Positions 45,554 to 54,969 of a stretch of DNA of 64,000 nt are shown piece after piece. The DNA lies in the IMG/VR virus record IMGVR_UViG_2049941000_000054, one strand, 5' to 3'. The position numbers and the translations under genes were made by a program. This DNA is from an uncultured virus (IMG/VR IMGVR_UViG_2049941000_000054). Taxonomy: Duplodnaviria; Heunggongvirae; Uroviricota; Caudoviricetes. The notes under the pieces are model-generated. The model did not search any database. It saw nothing but the letters and a program-made list of their open reading frames with translations, and had not been told where the DNA came from. Position 1 is the stretch's first letter, and every line of letters starts with the position of its first letter.

Positions 45554-46276
45554 AAGGAAACAAGGTGGTTAAAGAAAAGGCTGGGAATGATTACTGCCAG
45601 CGAGCTGGGGAATATTACTTCTGCCAGCGGAAAGATTATTGACGGTAACTTAAGTTACATTAGGGCGAAGCGTTGGGAGCGGAAGCACGGCTTCTCGCAT
45701 CCCGTAAGCGCAAGGGCTATGGAGATCGGCAACGAGCAGGAGCCGATGATTTTCGAGTGGTCGAAGGCTAATCTCGGGTTTAGTGAAATCATTTATTCGA
45801 AGGATCTCGAGGAGATTCCGTTCTGGATTGCGACAGACTGCCCAGTAGGGGCCAGCCCTGATGCTTTCACTCCCGACAAGAGTATTGTCTTCGAGTTTAA
45901 GACTCTTGTGGGTGCGACGTCGATCGAATACTTCGCCGACGAGTACACCCCTTACGAGGAAAAGAAACTCGCAGTATGGAAAGACCACGGCGACCAACTA
46001 CTTGGGCAGTTTATTTCCAACTCCGCCATCGAGGAGATCTGGCTGATTAAGTATATCTATCAGGACGATGATATCCTGCAGGATACGGACAGCCCTTTGG
46101 CACCTTGGCGCGGTCTCGTCTTTAAGTTTGCCCGGAAGGATTTTGAAGCATCTATCGATGAGATGAAACAGAGGATTCTTCTTTTTGACAAGATGATCGA
46201 CGCGCCTCTCAGCCCGTCGGAGTTCAAGAAGGGCGAGTGGTATGTCGATGCGGGCGGTTTGTTAGTTAAAAAGTGA
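45554..46276 (+). CDS. YqaJ/lambda-type exonuclease (start in gap)
   Basis: W...R.GMITASE, AMEIGNEQEP, GASPD, EFK, Q...Q. Confidence 0.8.
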   Translation, partial: KETRWLKKRLGMITASELGNITSASGKIIDGNLSYIRAKRWERKHGFSHPVSARAMEIGNEQEPMIFEWSKANLGFSEIIYSKDLEEIPFWIATDCPVGASPDAFTPDKSIVFEFKTLVGATSIEYFADEYTPYEEKKLAVWKDHGDQLLGQFISNSAIEEIWLIKYIYQDDDILQDTDSPLAPWRGLVFKFARKDFEASIDEMKQRILLFDKMIDAPLSPSEFKKGEWYVDAGGLLVKK

Positions 46277-46447
46277 TGCTATGGAAGAGCCCGGGAGTTA
46301 CGTGATTAAGGACGATAATGGTAATGTACTAGCGAGAGTATATTATAATGGTCGGAAATTCCAAGTTTTTCGTCATCCTGCATGTTCTCTCGGGACGTTC
46401 TTCCATATCATACTGTTCCTAGAGGAGCAAGGATACGATTTACAGTT

Positions 46448-47062
46448 ATGAGTTCATCTCCGCTTAACCGGAAGACAGCGCCGCAGATCCTGCGGCTCTG
46501 TGCGTTATGCCTTAAAAATGGGGTGCTGGACGCCTATGAGATGGGCGATGATTATGCCGTTGAGGAATTCCTCCGTAAACATAAAGAGGGCTGGACATAC
46601 GGTGTTCTAGGCGAGCCGGACGACTACGACTGGAAAATGTGGAGATTTTCTCTTTATAAATGGTGTAGAAGGAATGCTCTTTCTCAGTTTGCGGACAATT
46701 ATCTGTACGAGGTAAAACGATATAACTATCTCTATTGCCCGATTCTGCTAAGCATGAGGTTCTATTTGATGGGGATTGAGGAATGGCTATCTTATCCCAA
46801 TCCCAGCGGAATAGAAATCTATCGGCAGAACACTAACCTGCACTGGTGGAAAAACGGGTCGGGGAGCAGAAAGATCACGAAGCGAGAGCTCATCATAGAA
46901 GCGCAGGGGATGGCTTATGAATACCGCAGGGTCCCCGAGGGGAAACGGGTCATCTCGTATTCCGTGCTGGATGAGTTCTGCTCGGCAATACACGATCTAA
47001 CAAGCAAATATATCTATAAAAAAAGAATAATCATTGATGGAAAAGCAGTCCAAAACCTATAA
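46448..47062 (+). CDS. Hypothetical protein
   Basis: ORF starting MSSSPLNRK in an overlapping chain. Confidence 0.6.
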   Translation: MSSSPLNRKTAPQILRLCALCLKNGVLDAYEMGDDYAVEEFLRKHKEGWTYGVLGEPDDYDWKMWRFSLYKWCRRNALSQFADNYLYEVKRYNYLYCPILLSMRFYLMGIEEWLSYPNPSGIEIYRQNTNLHWWKNGSGSRKITKRELIIEAQGMAYEYRRVPEGKRVISYSVLDEFCSAIHDLTSKYIYKKRIIIDGKAVQNL

Positions 47063-47387
47063 AGTTCAACACTTGGAGCCTTCTACTCCTTGGTTGGGTT
47101 TTATCTTACTTCCATATGGGGAGTTTTACAGACCGACTAAGGATTTATTGAAGGCGAAGCCTGGCGATATCCTACGTTTTTTTCAGGGCTCGGATTATAC
47201 CATAGAACGGGTAATGAAAATCCCGCAGGATAGCGTCTGCGATATGCTCTGCCGTATCGCATATGGTATACCGTGGGCGGTAGCACTTAAGAAATGGCAG
47301 TCGTACGCCATGCTCGAGGGGAATGACAGAAACGTTATTAGTTCAGATTATTGTTTGTGGGTAATATATGACACCAATCAACATTGA
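47034..47387 (+). CDS. Hypothetical protein
   Basis: 117-aa ORF. Confidence 0.6.
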   Translation: MMEKQSKTYKVQHLEPSTPWLGFILLPYGEFYRPTKDLLKAKPGDILRFFQGSDYTIERVMKIPQDSVCDMLCRIAYGIPWAVALKKWQSYAMLEGNDRNVISSDYCLWVIYDTNQH

Positions 47388-47660
47388 CGCAAAATTCTCC
47401 GACAGAATTCTTATTCCCGGAGAGGCTATCCCGCCGGGTTGCCTTAGTGGAGTCTGTTTGAAAACGTCTGACGATGTAATTTGTCTGGCATATTTTTTGT
47501 CCACTTGGGACAACGGCCAGCGTCGCTATTATGACGAGCTTGACCGCCTCTGCCATCGTCAATGGAACTGCAGTTTTGATCTGATAGAGACGATGTGGCA
47601 GGGTAGGTTGGGACAAGTAGGCGACATCTGGCATTATATGGAACTTAAAAGGGTATAAAG

Positions 47661-48056
47661 ATGAAGACAGAAGATTTGTTCAAGTATGGCGTGACCCCGA
47701 AGGAGGGCAAACGCAAGGGGGAACGGTTTAGGGTTCTCCAGATTTATCCCGACAGGCTGATTGTGACTGACTGGGAAACGGAGGAAAAGAATGAGATATT
47801 CTATCCCGGGACTTATGATTTGTGGCGCCCGGCGAAGACTCTTTTCGAGGATGACTCCATCAAGCCGACCTGGGGAAATCTCAAAAAGGCTGTCGAGGCT
47901 AATGGTTTGTCGGACGACACTTTGATTGTGACCGATCCTACGACATACGACATCTTCAGCCTCCTATCTCCGCGCTATAGGCTCGGGGCTAGAGCTCGCG
48001 TCGTGAAGCACACGAAGGACAACGGCGAGGAAGAGCCTGCTATAATGATTTATTGA
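47661..48056 (+). CDS. Hypothetical protein
   Basis: 131-aa ORF. Confidence 0.6.
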   Translation: MKTEDLFKYGVTPKEGKRKGERFRVLQIYPDRLIVTDWETEEKNEIFYPGTYDLWRPAKTLFEDDSIKPTWGNLKKAVEANGLSDDTLIVTDPTTYDIFSLLSPRYRLGARARVVKHTKDNGEEEPAIMIY

Positions 48057-48316
48057 TGAACACTGCTATTGCTTTCCATTTGCTTGAAAAGGGAGAGGCG
48101 TGCTGCTTGTACGCCTCTATCCTTATTATGCGTGTAGGGGATCGGTGTTATATTTCTTTTGACGGGGAGAACTGGGAGGAGACCGACAGTGAGCTGATTA
48201 AGGAACAGATATGATTAAGCTCCGAGGATATCAGGAGGCTCTTATTGCAGAGGCTCGCCAAGCACTGGCAAATTAGATATTTGGTTTTTGAAAAATTCTT
48301 CTTATCTTTGCATAAA

Positions 48317-48406
48317 CATTGTGTCGCAGACAATGAGTAGAAATATAACACCCAGAATGAGTAGTGCAGAGCTGCGACCTCTGTATGAAAGTTCTGGGAT
48401 TGTTTT
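48317..48406 (+). ncRNA. Kissing-loop RNA leader, copy 2
   Basis: Hairpin loop GTCGCAG complementary to second hairpin loop CTGCGAC; lies between TATCTTTG promoter (48303) and HNH ATG (48415). Confidence 0.7.
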
Positions 48407-48414
48407 TTATAGAG

Positions 48415-48941
48415 ATGGAAGAAATTTGGAAGCCGATTGAAGGGTATGAAGGGAAGTATGAGATTAGTAATCTCGGCAGAGTAAACAGCCTAAATTACCT
48501 TGGGACTGGAAAGCCAAGAATAATGAAGCCATATAAGAACATTAGCAAGCATGGGAATGTTCCTTATCTTCAAGTAGACTTGTATAAGGACGGTGTTGCG
48601 AGGTCTTTAAAAGTTCACTTTCTCGTTTGCCGGGCGTTTCATGGCTCGCGCCCTGCATCTATTAACGGCGACACTAATGTAGAGGCGATGCACTTGAACG
48701 GTAATTCTCTCGATAATCGTGCCGAAAACCTTTCTTGGGGTAGGCACAGCGATAATGTCCGCGAGAAGACTTTTGTTGAAAAACAAGCCGCAGCACAAAG
48801 ACGGAGGTGGGCTTCTGGAGAATATGAATATCAAAAGAAGGCCGTGGTTCAAATGTTGCCGAGTGGCGAGTTTGTTGCAAGGTATGCTTCTGCGTGGGAT
48901 GCTCAACGAGTTACTGGTTGTAAGATGCTCTGCGCGCCATT
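48415..48941 (+). CDS. NUMOD4-HNH-NUMOD1 homing endonuclease (3' end at gap)
   Basis: EEIWKPIEGYEGKYEISNLGRV, VHFLVCRAFHG, HLNGNSLDNRAENLSWG, VVQM..SGEFVARY.SA. Confidence 0.85.
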
Positions 48942-49016
48942 NNNNNNNNNNNNNNNNNNNNNNNNNNNNNNNNNNNNNNNNNNNNNNNNNNNNNNNNNNN
49001 NNNNNNNNNNNNNNNN

Positions 49017-50514
49017 GGAAATCCTGGAGCAAGATGCAGGCCACGCTCGCAAATGGGGTATAGAAGTCGCAGAGGTCTTTGCGAAGACGCGCAAGATGCC
49101 AGAGACACGATGTGTAACAATGATGGCGCAAACGCTTCGTCAAAGGCTGAAGAAGGTGGACTGGGCAGACTGGTTCTCTTCATTCGGGCTGATAATCTTA
49201 GACGAATGCCACAGGGCGGAATTCGACTTTGTCTTTGACAGCATCGACGACAAGGTCTTTGTTGTGGGGTTGTCTGCTTCCCCGGCGAGATATGGTCAGA
49301 TGCGCCAATTAGGGCTGGATTACGGGGCTGTTGTTATCGGTCCCCAGGTACAGGAGTTGATTGACGGCGGTTATCTCTGCCGCTGTAGGNNNNNNNNNNN
49401 NNNNNNNNNNNNNNNNNNNNNNNNNNNNNNNNNNNNNNNNNNNNNNNNNNNNNNNNNNNNNNNNNNNNNNNNNNNNNNNNNNNNNNNNNNNNNNNNNNNN
49501 NNNNNNNNNNNNNNNNNNNNNNNNNNNNNNNNNNNNNNNNNNNNNNNNNNNNNNNNNNNNNNNNNNNNNNNNNNNNNNNNNNNNNNNNNNNNNNNNNNNN
49601 NNNNNNNNNNNNNNNNNNNNNNNNNNNNNNNNNNNNNNNNNNNNNNNNNNNNNNNNNNNNNNNNNNNNNNNNNNNNNNNNNNNNNNNNNNNNNNNNNNNN
49701 NNNNNNAGAGAAGACTCTGGTATTCTGTTGTTCCTCGGAGCAGACTATCGAACTGACAAAGGCTTTCTGCGACGCCGGTATTGACGCAAGATACTGTCTG
49801 TCCGGCGATTTCGACGAAGATGAGGAGTACAGTGGCGATCGGAAAGGTGTCGTAGATGCCTTCGCGAGAGGAGATTTCCCCGTCCTCGTAAATTTCGGCT
49901 TATTTACGACGGGCATAGATATTCCGGACATCAAGGTCGTAATGCTTATGTTCTCCACGACATCGCTGGTGAAATACCTTCAGTGTCTCGGTAGAGCCTC
50001 GAGGATTGCGGACGGTAAGAATAATGAGTTCATCTGCCTCGATTTCGGGCGTAACTATGAGAGGTTGGGCAGATATGAGGATCGCCGGGAGTGGAGTGTC
50101 TGGCATAACACTTCTGCGGGTGGTGGCGTACCACCTACGAAGGAGTGCCCGCAGTGTGGGAGGCTTGTGCCAGTGTCGTGGACGGATTGTAAGTTTTGTG
50201 GATACCATTGGCCGACACAGCAGGAAACATACGTTGCGGAATTGCAGGAGGTGGTTGCCAGAGAGGATGACGAGACGATCGAGGGGTATGTCGCGAGGAA
50301 AAAACTGGAAGGGAAGAATAATAACTGGATCCTGGTTCAAGTCTGTATCAAGAATCCAGATAATCAGAAGGATGCTTTTATGCGGGCTATAGAAGTACTG
50401 AGAACAAAGCACGGGGCGAATATCAGCCCGAAATACTGGTATTTTTTTAAGAAGGAGATATTGAGCAAGGTTAAGGTTAAGAAAGAAGATAGCGATTCTG
50501 TATTATGGAAATAG
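49017..50514 (+). CDS. SF2 DEAD/DEAH-box helicase with C-terminal Zn finger (gapped)
   Basis: LIILDECH, GLSASP, TGIDIP, QCLGRASR, KECPQC...CKFCG. Confidence 0.88.
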
Positions 50515-50709
50515 GCGATAGGGTCAAAGTCGCCAGGCTTGACCAATACACACTTGATGTTATTATGGCGACTAACGCCAAGTCTCCGATAGGGATGACT
50601 GGAACTATTATAGAGAAGTATTATAATCATAATATGAGAAGGGATGAGGTGGTCGTAGAGGCGGATGGCACTTGGGATAAGTGGCTTTGGACACCNNNNN
50701 NNNNNTCAT

Positions 50710-50905
50710 ATGCGGACATTGATAGAGGCATATGGGGTTAGCAGGACTCGCGACAAAAAAAGGCGTGATTGTTAAGCAGACGACTCTCCCGTGGGTAAAC
50801 TGCATCCATACCAATGTTGGCGGAGGGTGGAAGACGATGGAGGTATTAATATTGGAGGTATATGCAGATAGGGAACTTACTCCCGCCGAGACAGATCGGA
50901 TTTAA
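50710..50905 (+). CDS. Free-standing TRD-like module 1 (start 50732, or 50710 with a slip in the A7 run)
   Basis: ...KKGVIVKQTTLPWVNCIHTNVGGGWKTMEVLILEVY... Confidence 0.55.
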
Positions 50906-51035
50906 TAATCCTCAAGAAGGTAGGATTTATTCCTTGGACGATGTGGGACCGACAATTCGGAACGATAGCAGATATTGGATATTAGAGGTATATGATGAAG
51001 ATAGCGGCGTACAACATAAAGAAACAGCGGAATGA
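50862..51035 (+). CDS. Free-standing TRD-like module 2 (57 aa)
   Basis: MQIGNLL...FNNPQEGRIYSLDDVGPTI...WILEVY; the NPQ.GRIYS...PT pattern is typical of C5-MTase variable regions. Confidence 0.7.
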   Translation: MQIGNLLPPRQIGFNNPQEGRIYSLDDVGPTIRNDSRYWILEVYDEDSGVQHKETAE

Positions 51036-51195
51036 ATACGGCCGCCAGATCCGCAAGGATTACGAGGCTCATAGGCTTCCTGGGGTTCGCCGTAAGGATA
51101 TAAAGGAACTAGTGCCGATGTTTGATGGTGTTTGTCGGACGATAACGACGATAGTCGAGGATAATTTATTGTTAGAGGTGTATGAAGGTGATTAG
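50992..51195 (+). CDS. Free-standing TRD-like module 3 (67 aa)
   Basis: RNEYGRQIRKDYE...DGVCRTITTIVEDNLLLEVY. Confidence 0.7.
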   Translation: MMKIAAYNIKKQRNEYGRQIRKDYEAHRLPGVRRKDIKELVPMFDGVCRTITTIVEDNLLLEVYEGD

Positions 51196-52382
51196 TTGTG
51201 CTCTTCGCGGTAGAGGGGGCGTGTCTGGGCGAAAGGACTCTTGGCATCTCCGGCTCGAATTAGGGGACGAGGATGTAAGCAATACGATAGACACTGTTCA
51301 AAAAGACTATTTGATAATGGAGATTATAGCGATAAAGAACCCGCTGAAAGGCAAGACGGGGTATGGCTGGCATTTTGAGCAGAATGTGTACGAAATTGAC
51401 TCGCTGGTACGGTCTTTGAAGGCTGGGGAGGGTTCAGGGAATATACCGAAAATTATTGATATGGCAAAACATTACAGAATTAGGAAGCTCACTCCGACGG
51501 AGTGCCTGCGATTGATGGGTGTGAGCGACGAAGACATCCAGAAGATGAAGGATGCAGGCATTAGTGACAGTCAGTTGTATAAGATGGCGGACAACAGCAT
51601 AGTTGTGCCCGTGCTTGAGGGCATCTTCCGCAATATGGGATTCACAGAGAAACCGCTACGCGTGTTCGAGGCGTTTGCGGGCTACGGCTCGCAGAGNNNN
51701 NNNNNNNNNNNNNNNNNNNNNNNNNNNNNNNNNNNNNNNNNNNNNNNNNNNNNCTCTTCGGAACATCGGCGTCGATCACGAGGTGGTCGGTATCAGCGAG
51801 ATCGACAAGTATGCGATTATGGGCTATAACGCCACGCACCCGGAAACGAAGAATTTCGGAGACATCAGCGAGATAGACTGGCAGGAAGTGCCGGATTTCA
51901 ACCTGTTTACCTACAGCTTCCCTTGTACGGACATCTCGAATGCGGGCGCACAGGCTGGATTTGAAGAAGGGAGCGGCACTAGGAGCAGTCTTTTGTGGGA
52001 GTGCAAGAAGGCTATCGAGGAGAAGCATCCGAAATATCTGCTGATGGAGAACGTGAAGGCAATCACGAGCAAGAAGTTCCTACCCGGTATTTTAAGATGG
52101 CAGGAGTTCCTGTCGAAGCAGGGATATGTCAACTTCATCGATGTGCTGAATGCGAAGGACTACGGGATTCCGCAGAATCGGGAGCGGTGTTTCTTGGTTT
52201 CTATCCTGGATGCTGCGTGGTATCAATTCCCCGAGCCAGTGGAACTGACGCTGAAATTGAAAGATATCCTAGAACCCACTGTCAGTGAGAAATATTATCT
52301 TGACCAAGCGAGGGTTGACAAATTTATAGCGGGACTGAGTGATGAAAAACGAGCTGCACTTGAAGAAGGTCGTACCGATTAA
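51182..52382 (+). CDS. C5-cytosine DNA methyltransferase, circularly permuted (two TRD-like modules, motifs IX-X, then I-VIII); across gap
   Basis: RKLTPTECLRLMG (IX), YKMADNSIVVPV (X), FEAFAGYG (I), SEID, GDIS, SFPC (IV), ENV (VI), YGIPQNRER (VIII). Confidence 0.9.
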
Positions 52383-52518
52383 CGCAACGCCAGACGGCTT
52401 TTGCCGGACTATAAAAGCACAGTATTACAAAAATGGATTCCGCAATTTCACATTTTTCGAAGACGGCGGTTTTGGCGCGACGGGAGTGCTTGAAATGTAT
52501 GAAGAGGACGATAAATAA
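52342..52518 (+). CDS. Free-standing TRD-like module 4 (58 aa)
   Basis: VPINATPDGFCRTIKAQYYK...FGATGVLEMY. Confidence 0.65.
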   Translation: MKNELHLKKVVPINATPDGFCRTIKAQYYKNGFRNFTFFEDGGFGATGVLEMYEEDDK

Positions 52519-52702
52519 TGAGACCCCGGTTGCGAAGATTTTTAATCTGGGTGATGGAAGGTTTGCGATGAATGCTCCGGACGGCGTTGCGTGTACACTA
52601 ACTGGTGCCCATCACTTTGCTGGAAATATAACTCATCCTCGACAGGGGTTTAGACAGATGGGAGTATTGGAGATTGAGGATACGCCGGAGGATTCCGAAT
52701 AA
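52499..52702 (+). CDS. Free-standing TRD-like module 5 (67 aa)
   Basis: AMNAPDGVACTLTG...GFRQMGVLEIE. Confidence 0.65.
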   Translation: MKRTINNETPVAKIFNLGDGRFAMNAPDGVACTLTGAHHFAGNITHPRQGFRQMGVLEIEDTPEDSE

Positions 52703-52708
52703 TTTTCT

Positions 52709-52716
52709 TATCTTTG
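52709..52716 (+). promoter_or_regulatory. Bacteroidetes -7 promoter element
   Basis: TATCTTTG before ORF 52733. Confidence 0.55.
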
Positions 52717-52947
52717 CAAAAACCGTAAAGATATGATAATTAATTTTACAGGCTCTCCTTACGACTACGCAAAGAGCCTTCCCAAAAAGGAACTGCGAGC
52801 TTTGATCCGCGAGTGTAAGAAGGCGCGAGAGCAGGATTACAACGAGTGGACTGACCGTTGTAGAGTATGCTTTGAAAGGGTCGCATCGGGGGACGACGAG
52901 CAGGCTCGTTGGTGGAGTAACCACGCAGAATTTGTAAGACCCGGCGA

Positions 52948-53349
52948 ATGATCATAGAGACCCCCGAGCCGCAGAGGAGGAGAACGCACCATTCAAACGA
53001 GGGTAGGATCCAGGCAGAGTGTTTTGCTTGGTTTTGGAATGAATTTCCCCAATACAGGAAGCTATTGTTCCACGTTCCAAATGAAAACGACAGAGCCGAC
53101 AGTAATCCCATCCAGGGTGCAATCAGAAAGAGTCTTGGGGTCGTCCCGGGTGTTTCCGACCTTATTTTGCTTGTTCCTCGCGGTTCCCACGGCGCGCTTC
53201 TTATCGAAATGAAGGACGAAAAGGGGACTCAGAAGCCTGCGCAAAAGGAATGGCAAACCATAGTGGAGGCCCAGGGATACAAGTACTGCTTGTGCCGTAG
53301 TTTGGCACAATTTAAAAATGTGATCTCTGACTATTTGAATCTCAAATAA
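52948..53349 (+). CDS. VRR-NUC domain nuclease
   Basis: E..IQ, FHVPNE, GV.PGVSDL, IEMK...G.Q...QK.W. Confidence 0.9.
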   Translation: MIIETPEPQRRRTHHSNEGRIQAECFAWFWNEFPQYRKLLFHVPNENDRADSNPIQGAIRKSLGVVPGVSDLILLVPRGSHGALLIEMKDEKGTQKPAQKEWQTIVEAQGYKYCLCRSLAQFKNVISDYLNLK

Positions 53350-53389
53350 TTATCGCCATCTTTGCCTCATAAATTAGAATGACCGCATT

Positions 53390-54400
53390 ATGAGATATGT
53401 TCTTGATGAGCAAGGGCGTCGTTTCCCGAGCCTTTGGAAAGCCACGAAAGCCAATGGCGCAACATGTGGCGGAGCGTTACTAAAGAGGTTGAACAAAAAG
53501 GGTATTGTCAGGTCTGGAGGGCACACCTTCTATCTATATGAAGATGACCAGCCCATAACTCCTACGACGACAAATGTGGTCGTGCAGAAGGACCCTACCA
53601 TGGAGCGTTTGAGAAAACGTTATTCCGATTCTGAGATAGAGGCCATCGCTAGGGGAGAGGGGATCGAACGTAGGATTATCGTTTTTCCGGAAATTCGGCT
53701 TACTGGTAAGCACCATAAGTTTGTAGTGATAAGCGACACCCACGTCGGCAGCGTCTATTCCCCGTATGAGTGGCATAATGTCGTTTCTGATTATGTTAAT
53801 AATAATGGTATCGAAGCCGTCCTGCATTGCGGAGACCTTGTGGAGGGGATGAAAATCCAGAGGATAGGCACACAGATATACGAATTGTCGGATATAGGAT
53901 ACGAGGCACAGAAAGCGAGAGCTGCGGAATTGTTATCAAAATACAAAGTTCCTATATATATGATCAGCGGAAACCACGATTTTTACTATCAAGAATATGC
54001 CGGGGCTAATATAATAAAGGCGCTATCCGACAGTTTGGATAATCTGACATATATCGGGCACGATTCCGCAGATATAGATGTTGATGGTGCCACAATACGC
54101 CTTTTCCACGGAGGAGATGGCTCGAATTCCTACGCGGTTTCGTACCGGCTCCAGAAGTTATGCGAGGCGATTACTGGCGGAGAAAAACCGAATATCCTTA
54201 TTGCCGGGCACGTCCATAAGTTCTGCTATATATTCGAACGCAACATTCACGCGATCTCGGCTCCTTGTATGCAGATGCAGACCAACTTTATGAGAGGGAA
54301 GAAGTTGGCAGCGCATACGGGCTTCCTTGAATTAGAGTTCGATGTGAACGACAAGAATATCTGTAACCTCGGTGTTAAATTCTTCCCTTTTTACGCTTAG
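53390..54400 (+). CDS. Calcineurin-like metallophosphoesterase with N-terminal HTH-like domain
   Basis: SDTH, GDLVEG, GNHD, FHG, GHVH motifs. Confidence 0.85.
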   Translation: MRYVLDEQGRRFPSLWKATKANGATCGGALLKRLNKKGIVRSGGHTFYLYEDDQPITPTTTNVVVQKDPTMERLRKRYSDSEIEAIARGEGIERRIIVFPEIRLTGKHHKFVVISDTHVGSVYSPYEWHNVVSDYVNNNGIEAVLHCGDLVEGMKIQRIGTQIYELSDIGYEAQKARAAELLSKYKVPIYMISGNHDFYYQEYAGANIIKALSDSLDNLTYIGHDSADIDVDGATIRLFHGGDGSNSYAVSYRLQKLCEAITGGEKPNILIAGHVHKFCYIFERNIHAISAPCMQMQTNFMRGKKLAAHTGFLELEFDVNDKNICNLGVKFFPFYA

Positions 54401-54403
54401 AAA

Positions 54404-54955
54404 ATGGCAACACCACTGATTCCATTACGACCACAGGGCTATGTGTCTGACCTTAAGCCCGAGCAGCAGCTCGCGCTATCTTGGTTCGTATTGTCGAAAT
54501 GCACGAGGAAGGAGGCTTTTATCCGCTTTGCCAGACCAGACCTAGCACTATCTAGCTCTGCACCTGCATTAGATAACCACGTCAAGGAGTTTTTTGCGTC
54601 CAAAAGTGCGAAGGAGTATATTGAAGCGTACACGAAAACAATAGAAAATTTTCTACACCCCGCTCCTGCCGCGGAGTCAAAGGCGAAGGGCAGTATGGAA
54701 GAGCGGAAGGCGAGGGCAAAGACAAAACTGGTAGAGTTCGCTATGAGCCTTGCCGATAATATCGAAAACGCTGGCGATCCCGAATTCGTCCTCAAAATAG
54801 CCGACAAGGCAGGGCTTCTCGATATGGAGGATAAGGTCGAGGAGCAGCCGAGGCGATATCTCCCCGAGACATGCGATGGCTGTGCATATCGAAAATTTGT
54901 CGAGGAGAACTGCGAAATAGTTGAGGACGGCACAGAAATTGAAGGGAAAGAGTAA
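54404..54955 (+). CDS. Putative terminase small subunit
   Basis: Helical protein upstream of terL; C-terminal YLP..C..C motif. Confidence 0.45.
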   Translation: MATPLIPLRPQGYVSDLKPEQQLALSWFVLSKCTRKEAFIRFARPDLALSSSAPALDNHVKEFFASKSAKEYIEAYTKTIENFLHPAPAAESKAKGSMEERKARAKTKLVEFAMSLADNIENAGDPEFVLKIADKAGLLDMEDKVEEQPRRYLPETCDGCAYRKFVEENCEIVEDGTEIEGKE

Positions 54956-54969
54956 TATTTGTGTAGTAT

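Noticed and set aside
48364..50514. 716-aa HNH-helicase fusion or intein in the ORF track
   Set aside because: The join is across an N gap and helicase motif I is not visible; most likely two genes. No intein terminal motifs seen
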